Shown here: positions 58,755-64,000 of the stretch, in pieces
How the letters are laid out: every line of letters begins with the position of its first letter
Position numbering within the stretch: position 1 is the stretch's first letter
Source of the DNA: Patescibacteria group bacterium
GTDB taxonomy: Bacteria; Patescibacteriota; Minisyncoccia; Phycocordibacterales; SBAW01
Direction of reading: 5' to 3'
DNA length: 64,000 bases
Assembly (NCBI GenBank): GCA_028864875.1
Contig: JAGWLV010000001.1
Span: 8,288-72,287, forward strand
Notes under the pieces: generated by a model
What the model was told of the DNA's origin: nothing
The model's input: the letters and a program-made list of their open reading frames with translations, nothing else
Databases searched by the model: none
Position numbers and translations under genes: made by a program

Positions 58755-59648
58755 CTACAACGACTTCGAGTACGCGTCCCAGTCAATGTCTCCGTTCGGC
58801 TTTTTGAAGTACTCAAGGATTGCGGCCCGTTGCGCTCGCTCTTTGATCTCCGCCTCTTCGCGCTCCTTGCGTTCCTGCTCTTGTTGGTACAGGGCAATGT
58901 CATCTCTAATAGCCTGTAGACGCATGTAGTTATTGTTGCGTAGTCCTTCGGGCAACATATCAATTACCTGGCGCACGTCATCAGGCGAAAGCCGGTCCAA
59001 CTTCGGCCCCGCAGCGTCACGCTTCTCTTTGATGCGCTGGGCATAATCGAGCCAGAGCTTTTGGCTTCGTAGATTGCCACCTCGAGCTGAGGTGTAGATC
59101 TCGCCAAGTACGTCACCGGTCTTGAAGATGATCCAGTCTTCTCGGAGCGCGGCGACACGTTGCCCGAAGTCTGCACGTTGTGCCCAGGCATCGAGCAATC
59201 GTAGGCTCGGAACGCCGTACATCTTGCAGAACTGCTCGCGCGTTTGAACGCCGCGCCAGGAGCGCTCTTCGGGCGTGAGGGCGCTCCAAAGCACGAACTG
59301 CTCATACGCTTCGGCATCAGAGAGTATCTCTGGCACCGGGTGCATAGAGGCGGGTTCCGACCGTTCAGGAGCTTTCTTGTAAGGAGCTACGTTGTGCTCA
59401 AGGTAGTACCTGATAAGACGGGAGTCGCCCTCGCTGATCTTCTTGAGGAACGCCGCCGATACACGGTCGTCGGTCGTATCTTTGCCGGAGCGCCGGGCCG
59501 CGTCCGCCTTCTTGTGGAAGTCGAGGTCGCTCTTGTAGTGGCGATCGTAGAACATGCGGGACACACCCGCTCGCTTGCAGGCGACCGTAATGGTGTGTCC
59601 TTCGGCGAGGGCACTGAGAAGTACCGATACCTGATCATGCTTGTGCAT
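58755..59648 (-). CDS. HTH-domain protein resembling phage terminase small subunit / DNA-binding regulator
   Basis: N-terminal HTH ALAEGHTITVACKRAGVSRMFYDRHYKSD, second HTH-like region, Glu/Arg-rich C-terminal coiled coil; 14-nt overlap with MTase gene. Confidence 0.45.
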   Translation of the reverse strand: MHKHDQVSVLLSALAEGHTITVACKRAGVSRMFYDRHYKSDLDFHKKADAARRSGKDTTDDRVSAAFLKKISEGDSRLIRYYLEHNVAPYKKAPERSEPASMHPVPEILSDAEAYEQFVLWSALTPEERSWRGVQTREQFCKMYGVPSLRLLDAWAQRADFGQRVAALREDWIIFKTGDVLGEIYTSARGGNLRSQKLWLDYAQRIKEKRDAAGPKLDRLSPDDVRQVIDMLPEGLRNNNYMRLQAIRDDIALYQQEQERKEREEAEIKERAQRAAILEYFKKPNGDIDWDAYSKSL

Positions 59649-60498
59649 GGATCTTTACGCGCTTCTTACCAGAGAACTTTTCCCAGCGATTGAGGATGAC
59701 CTCGGCGTATGTTGGGACCTTCTCCATGAGGAAGCAGCGCCTGCCGAGTGTGTTGGCAGCGATGAGCGTCGATCCACTCCCGCCGAAGGGCTCAATGATG
59801 AGCTGCCCGCGTTTGGTGAGCGTCTTGACGTAGGGCAAGAGAATTTCGATCGGCTTCACGCCATAGATGATCGCTTGCCCAGACGACTTCTCATCAGCGG
59901 CATTGAACTCGATGAAGTCCGTTGGACAGTACTTCTTGTTCTTGCCGTAGTTCTCCCAATGGGAACCTTTGCCTTGGATCGCGAAGAGTGCGGTCTCGTA
60001 CTGGTTCTCGTACAGCCCATCCTCGGGCTCAAGATTGAGGCCACTGTGCTCCTCGCTCGTGCCTACCATCGCAATGTCGTGTTTTGAAAACAAGACATTC
60101 TTGCCGGCATAGCCCTGATTCCTCGTGGGTAGGTGCCAGACGATCATGTTGCGTACCTTCCAACCCTGCTTCTCGATGACGTCCCACTGCTCGCGGATGT
60201 TGCGCCAGTTTTCGTAGGAGATGATGGAGAAGTCCCTGTTGGCAACCCTAGCAACATTACCCATCCACTTTTCAACGAAGTCCGGCGGCAGTTCCTCGGT
60301 CTCGAGGTATCGGCGATTTCTTTTTGCACCGAAGCCGACGGTGGGGTTGCCGTTGCGCGTTTTGCCCTTCAGGTAACTGAGCCGGTACGGCATGTCAGTC
60401 ATGCACATGTCCGCTTTCTCATCACCCATGAGCAGAAGCACGTCGGCTTCGGCGGTTGAGTCGCCGCACATGAGCCGCGACCCGTCGAGGTCGTACAC
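59635..60498 (-). CDS. Beta-class DNA amino-methyltransferase (N6-A or N4-C), orphan
   Basis: Motif IV TDMPY (DPPY variant) precedes motif I EPFGGSGST, the beta-class order; ParB-MTase-like N-terminus; GTG start. Confidence 0.8.
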   Translation of the reverse strand: MYDLDGSRLMCGDSTAEADVLLLMGDEKADMCMTDMPYRLSYLKGKTRNGNPTVGFGAKRNRRYLETEELPPDFVEKWMGNVARVANRDFSIISYENWRNIREQWDVIEKQGWKVRNMIVWHLPTRNQGYAGKNVLFSKHDIAMVGTSEEHSGLNLEPEDGLYENQYETALFAIQGKGSHWENYGKNKKYCPTDFIEFNAADEKSSGQAIIYGVKPIEILLPYVKTLTKRGQLIIEPFGGSGSTLIAANTLGRRCFLMEKVPTYAEVILNRWEKFSGKKRVKIHAQA

Positions 60499-60785
60499 GT
60501 CGCCCTTCTTTACGGTGATCTGATCTATCTTGAGTTTGTCTAACTCCTTTTCGAGGTCGAACTGTTCTTCCGTTTTTTCGATCTCGAATACCGAGACAGT
60601 CAGCAGTCTAGTTTAGTATCGAAGGACCTAGAGCCGTATGGTTGGTCAGCTGTGGCGTATGGGAGTAAACTTCATTTATGAAATCCGATCCGAGAGGCTC
60701 AATCTGGCGAAAGTGGGACCTGCAGGTGCACGCACCTTTGGGTAAACTTTATGATGGGTACAAGACTTCCGACGGCTCGGATCCG

Positions 60786-60995
60786 CTAGAGGAAGTAGCT
60801 GACAGGTTTTCCGTAGAGCTTTGCAAGGCGATTGAGCCAAATAGCTTCCACCCGCAACTCACCAAGTTCTACTTTTGATACCCAAGACTGCGAACACCCA
60901 AGTTTTTCAGCTACCTCTGCTTGTGTCAGGCCGGCTTCGACTCGTGCTTTTTTGAGTTTTCCAACAAAGACGGTTCGCTCATGCGACTGGCGCAT
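60786..60995 (-). CDS. XRE-family HTH transcriptional regulator (Cro/C1-type)
   Basis: LTQAEVAEKLGCSQSWVSKVELGE helix-turn-helix; 69 aa. Confidence 0.7.
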   Translation of the reverse strand: MRQSHERTVFVGKLKKARVEAGLTQAEVAEKLGCSQSWVSKVELGELRVEAIWLNRLAKLYGKPVSYFL

Positions 60996-61006
60996 AGTGC
61001 AGCCTT

Positions 61007-61747
61007 ATGGCTCAAAAGATTTATATATACGGGAAGCATGCGGTGGGGGAGGCACTCACGCACGCGCCCAACGTGGTACTCAAAGTGCACCTCGCGGCGA
61101 ACATGGACGACGCGAAGTTGCGCGCAGCCATACGCGCGGCCGGAGTGCCGACCGAAAAGCTCGACCCCAAGCGCGTATCCTCGATGGTCGAGCACAATGC
61201 ACCGCACCAGGGTGTGGTTGCGCTCGTGTCGCTTGGCAATGTGACCGTGCCCTTCGAGCATTTTGTGGGGACCCTCAACGTCACCGATGACACGCTCCTC
61301 ATACTTTTAAGCGAGGTTCAAGACCCGCACAACGTCGGTGCGATTATCCGCTCCGCCGCGGCGCTCGGTGCCAGCGCGGTCTTGATGCCCGCACAAAAGC
61401 AATCGCCGATCACCGGTGCGGTTATCAAAGCATCGGTGGGGATGGCGTTCCACATCCCGCTTGTCGTGATGCAAAACATGCAGCAGGGCATAGCGGAGCT
61501 CAAGAAAAAGGGCATGCGCGTGTACGGACTCGACACCAAGGGCTCGCCGCTTAGCGAAGAGGAGTTCAGCGGCGCGACATTGTTCGTACTAGGCAACGAG
61601 TCGCAGGGTGTGGCGCCCGCGGCGCGCGCCCTGTGTGATGCGACACTCTCCATCCCCATGCGCGCGGGTGTCGAGTCGCTCAATGTCGCCGCAAGCGCCG
61701 CGGTCGCGTTCTACGCGTGGAATCTCAGCAAAAGTAGAAAATTTTGA
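61007..61747 (+). CDS. TrmH/SpoU-family RNA 2'-O-methyltransferase (RlmB-like)
   Basis: SPOUT fold motifs: LLSEVQDPHNVGAIIRSAAALG, LVLGNESQGV, SLNVAASAAV. Confidence 0.8.
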   Translation: MAQKIYIYGKHAVGEALTHAPNVVLKVHLAANMDDAKLRAAIRAAGVPTEKLDPKRVSSMVEHNAPHQGVVALVSLGNVTVPFEHFVGTLNVTDDTLLILLSEVQDPHNVGAIIRSAAALGASAVLMPAQKQSPITGAVIKASVGMAFHIPLVVMQNMQQGIAELKKKGMRVYGLDTKGSPLSEEEFSGATLFVLGNESQGVAPAARALCDATLSIPMRAGVESLNVAASAAVAFYAWNLSKSRKF

Positions 61748-61788
61748 CACTGAAAGGCTTTTGGGGTACAATCGTCCGGTGAAAAATC

Positions 61789-61958
61789 CGGCCAAACAGC
61801 CCACCCCCGCTACCCCTGTGCGCACCAACCATGCCTACGGCAAGGGTCCTGTGTGGCGCGAGACCAAATCGATCATTGTGATGTGCGTCTGCGGAAACAA
61901 GTACATCAAGACCCGTCCCGGACAGAGCACCTGCATCCGCTGTCTCCACAAGCACTAA
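61789..61958 (+). CDS. Possible small zinc-ribbon protein (about 56 aa)
   Basis: GTG-start ORF ending MCVCGNKYIKTRPGQSTCIRCLHKH (CxC...CxxC); weak RBS. Confidence 0.3.
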
Positions 61959-61996
61959 GCGCCGCGGGGTTTTTGCGCCGTATACTTATATATGTG

Positions 61997-63043
61997 AAGC
62001 GCCTTCAGAGCCGCGGTTTTACTCTCGTCGAAATTCTCATCACGATTGCAATTATTGCGGTCCTCACCGGCATTATCCTCATGGTGGTCAATGGGGCCAA
62101 GGGCAAGGCCCGCGACGCCAGGCGCCTTGTGGACCTCCACTCGCTCGCGCTCGGGCTCCAAGTCTATTTCAACGAAGTGGGGCACTATCCCGTTACCGAC
62201 GGGTGGGTCAGCGAGTGCGATACGCCCACGGGCAATTGGATACCCGACAGCGGTGACTACACGTGGAATGTCAAAGACCTCCCGCAGGTCCCGCGCGACC
62301 CGCTCGCGATGGGCTGCGCCCCGGGGAGCCCGTACCACTACTCCTACATAAGCACCGACGGCAAAACGTATCAATTGAGCACGCAGCTTGAGTATCCGAC
62401 GCCGGGCATCAGCAACAGCTCCGGCCCGTACGCGTTCAACGGTTCGTACTTCCAGGCCGACACGTCGCCCGTTGCGGTGAACTTCAGCACGAATGCGCAG
62501 AATCCCACGTCACAAAATCCGATCCCGCTGACTGTGTCCTTCTCCCGCGCCGTGGTCGACTTTACCCAGGCGAGTCTCTCCGTATTGCGCGGCTACATCA
62601 GCAGCTTTACTCAAGTGCTTGCGTCGCTCTTCAATATTCAAGTTACGCCGACGGACAACGACCAGGTGGTCGTGAGCATCACGGGCGGCACGGTGCATGA
62701 TGTCAACGGCGTGGGCAACACATCGGCGCAATTTTCAATCACGTACGACTCGCTTTTGCCGCACCCCGCGCTCTCGCCAGACCCGCTCCCCGGCACCGTG
62801 CAGGGCTCTTTCCAGGTGTCGGTCAACTTTACCGTTGCGGTGATCGACTTTTCAGCCGCAGATATTTCGATACAAAACGGCTCGGTGAGCACCTTAACTG
62901 GCAGCGGCAGGGACTACACCTTCACCGTTGTGCCCTCCTCGCCGGGAGTGGTGTCGGTCTTCATACCCTCCGGCGTGACACACAGCGCCGCGGGCAACGG
63001 CAACGTCGCTTCAAACCATATAAGTACCACGTACCAACCATAG
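61997..63043 (+). CDS. Type IV prepilin-like protein with two C-terminal Ig-like repeats
   Basis: Prepilin leader MKRLQSRG|FTLVEILITIAIIAVL (cleavage/methylation motif), then two ~90-aa repeats with shared FT/VS pattern; GTG start. Confidence 0.7.
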   Translation, partial: KRLQSRGFTLVEILITIAIIAVLTGIILMVVNGAKGKARDARRLVDLHSLALGLQVYFNEVGHYPVTDGWVSECDTPTGNWIPDSGDYTWNVKDLPQVPRDPLAMGCAPGSPYHYSYISTDGKTYQLSTQLEYPTPGISNSSGPYAFNGSYFQADTSPVAVNFSTNAQNPTSQNPIPLTVSFSRAVVDFTQASLSVLRGYISSFTQVLASLFNIQVTPTDNDQVVVSITGGTVHDVNGVGNTSAQFSITYDSLLPHPALSPDPLPGTVQGSFQVSVNFTVAVIDFSAADISIQNGSVSTLTGSGRDYTFTVVPSSPGVVSVFIPSGVTHSAAGNGNVASNHISTTYQP

Positions 63044-63107
63044 GGTTAATTAGTTTTTCAGGATAGGCCTGCAACCCGGTGGCCTAGGGCACGGTTAGAA
63101 TAGGAGC

Positions 63108-63404
63108 ATGAGTCGCAATCCGCTCATTAACGCACTTGCCGCAAGCGCCTACGTGTCGCTTGTAGCACTGGGCATTATGCATGTCCCGGAAAAGCAGCCC
63201 ATGTTAGCCGCGCTCGGACCGCTCATTTTTTTGTCGGTGTTTGTTTTTTCGGCCGGCCTTATAGGGTATCTTTTTTGTATGCATCCGCTCCTATTCGCAC
63301 TTCGTGGCGAGCAGCGGGCCGGCATTGTCCTGTTTCTCAAAACGCTAGGGTTCTTCGCCCTGATAACGCTTGTGCTTGTCGCAGCGTATGCCGCCCTGCT
63401 ATAG
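63108..63404 (+). CDS. Small membrane protein (98 aa), hypothetical
   Basis: Three hydrophobic helices; ORF only. Confidence 0.4.
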   Translation: MSRNPLINALAASAYVSLVALGIMHVPEKQPMLAALGPLIFLSVFVFSAGLIGYLFCMHPLLFALRGEQRAGIVLFLKTLGFFALITLVLVAAYAALL

Positions 63405-63422
63405 CCGCGCTACAATTGGTGT

Positions 63423-64000
63423 ATGTCTTCGTTGTCAGACGATCTGCGCAAGGTAGTTGAGGGCGAAGTCGACGACTCCACAAAGACGCGCGATAAGTTT
63501 AGTCGCGATGCCTCGCTGTTTCGCGTAGAGCCGGAGGTTGTGGTGGCGCCCACAAACGCCCGGGACATGTGTGCGCTGGTCGATTTTGTTCTTGAAAAGA
63601 AAAAAGTTCCCAAAACGCACCTTTCTCTGACCGCGCGCGCGGCGGGCACCGACATGGGCGGCGGGCCCCTCGGCGACTCCATTATTCTCGATATGACAAA
63701 ACACTTTGACCGGCTCATCGAGATGGGGAAGGACTACGCTGTCGTCGAGCCAGGGGTGTTTTTCAGGGATTTTGACGCAGAAACGCGGAAAAAAAACCTG
63801 GAGCTTCCGAGCTACACTGCAAGCCGCATGCTCAACACCGTGGGCGGCATGGTGGCCAACAACTCCGGCGGGGAAAAGAATCTCAAGTACGGCAAGACCG
63901 CGCGCTGGGTCGACTGGCTCGAAGTCGTACTTGGCGACGGCGCGGTGCACACGCTCGCCAACCTGCAGGGCGAAGCGCTCCGGTTGAAGTTGCGCGAGGT
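63423..64000 (+). CDS. FAD-linked oxidase (GlcD/D-lactate dehydrogenase-like), 3' end beyond window
   Basis: Open frame from ATG 63423 to window end (not in ORF track because no stop); FAD_binding_4 pattern ...ARAAGTDMGGGPLGDSIILDM...VEPGV...NTVGGMVANNSGG. Confidence 0.7.
   Translation, partial: MSSLSDDLRKVVEGEVDDSTKTRDKFSRDASLFRVEPEVVVAPTNARDMCALVDFVLEKKKVPKTHLSLTARAAGTDMGGGPLGDSIILDMTKHFDRLIEMGKDYAVVEPGVFFRDFDAETRKKNLELPSYTASRMLNTVGGMVANNSGGEKNLKYGKTARWVDWLEVVLGDGAVHTLANLQGEALRLKLRE

Noticed and set aside
60678-60878. 66-aa plus-strand ORF overlapping the XRE regulator gene
   Set aside because: It overlaps the better-supported HTH gene on the opposite strand by about 90 nt and has no RBS or motif.

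Overview
This 64-kb window is a gene-dense, high-GC (about 62-66%) bacterial chromosomal segment with genes on both strands. It is dominated by translation, cell-division and DNA-metabolism housekeeping genes. Most calls rest on recognisable protein-family motifs read directly from the six-frame translations. I count 14 tRNA genes, folded by hand: Gly, Arg, Phe, Val, Ser, Glu, Leu x3, Cys, Lys, Tyr, Trp and Gln. Many housekeeping proteins are unusually short: ValRS 703 aa, S1 364 aa, RelA/SpoT 541 aa, IF-2 518 aa and DnaX 353 aa. Together with tandem VirB2/TrbC-like 'pilin' mini-proteins and a type IV prepilin, this suggests a reduced-genome lineage that is Patescibacteria/CPR-like; that is an inference, not a database result. 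Several lower-GC patches interrupt the backbone: a ~5-kb integrative element at tRNA-Gln (large serine recombinase, terS-like HTH protein, beta-class DNA methyltransferase and XRE repressor); an insertion abutting tRNA-Ser/tRNA-Glu; a trypsin-like protease gene immediately after gyrA; an AT-rich ORFan with a canonical sigma70 promoter; and a second ParB-like gene. The most unusual content is a GcrA-family cell-cycle regulator with DnaA-box-like motifs in its promoter. There are also two small SD-equipped secreted-protein genes, one of which has an N-terminus closely resembling Rhizobiales Porin_2-type outer-membrane proteins. These sit in a gene-poor ~1.7-kb region that ends in a cluster of perfect DnaA boxes next to an AT-rich stretch, a candidate oriC or DnaA-regulated region upstream of gyrA. 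Two short sequence elements recur: a 31-bp in-frame direct repeat within gyrA and a 20-bp palindrome found once intergenic and once inside miaA. No rRNA genes or CRISPR arrays were seen.
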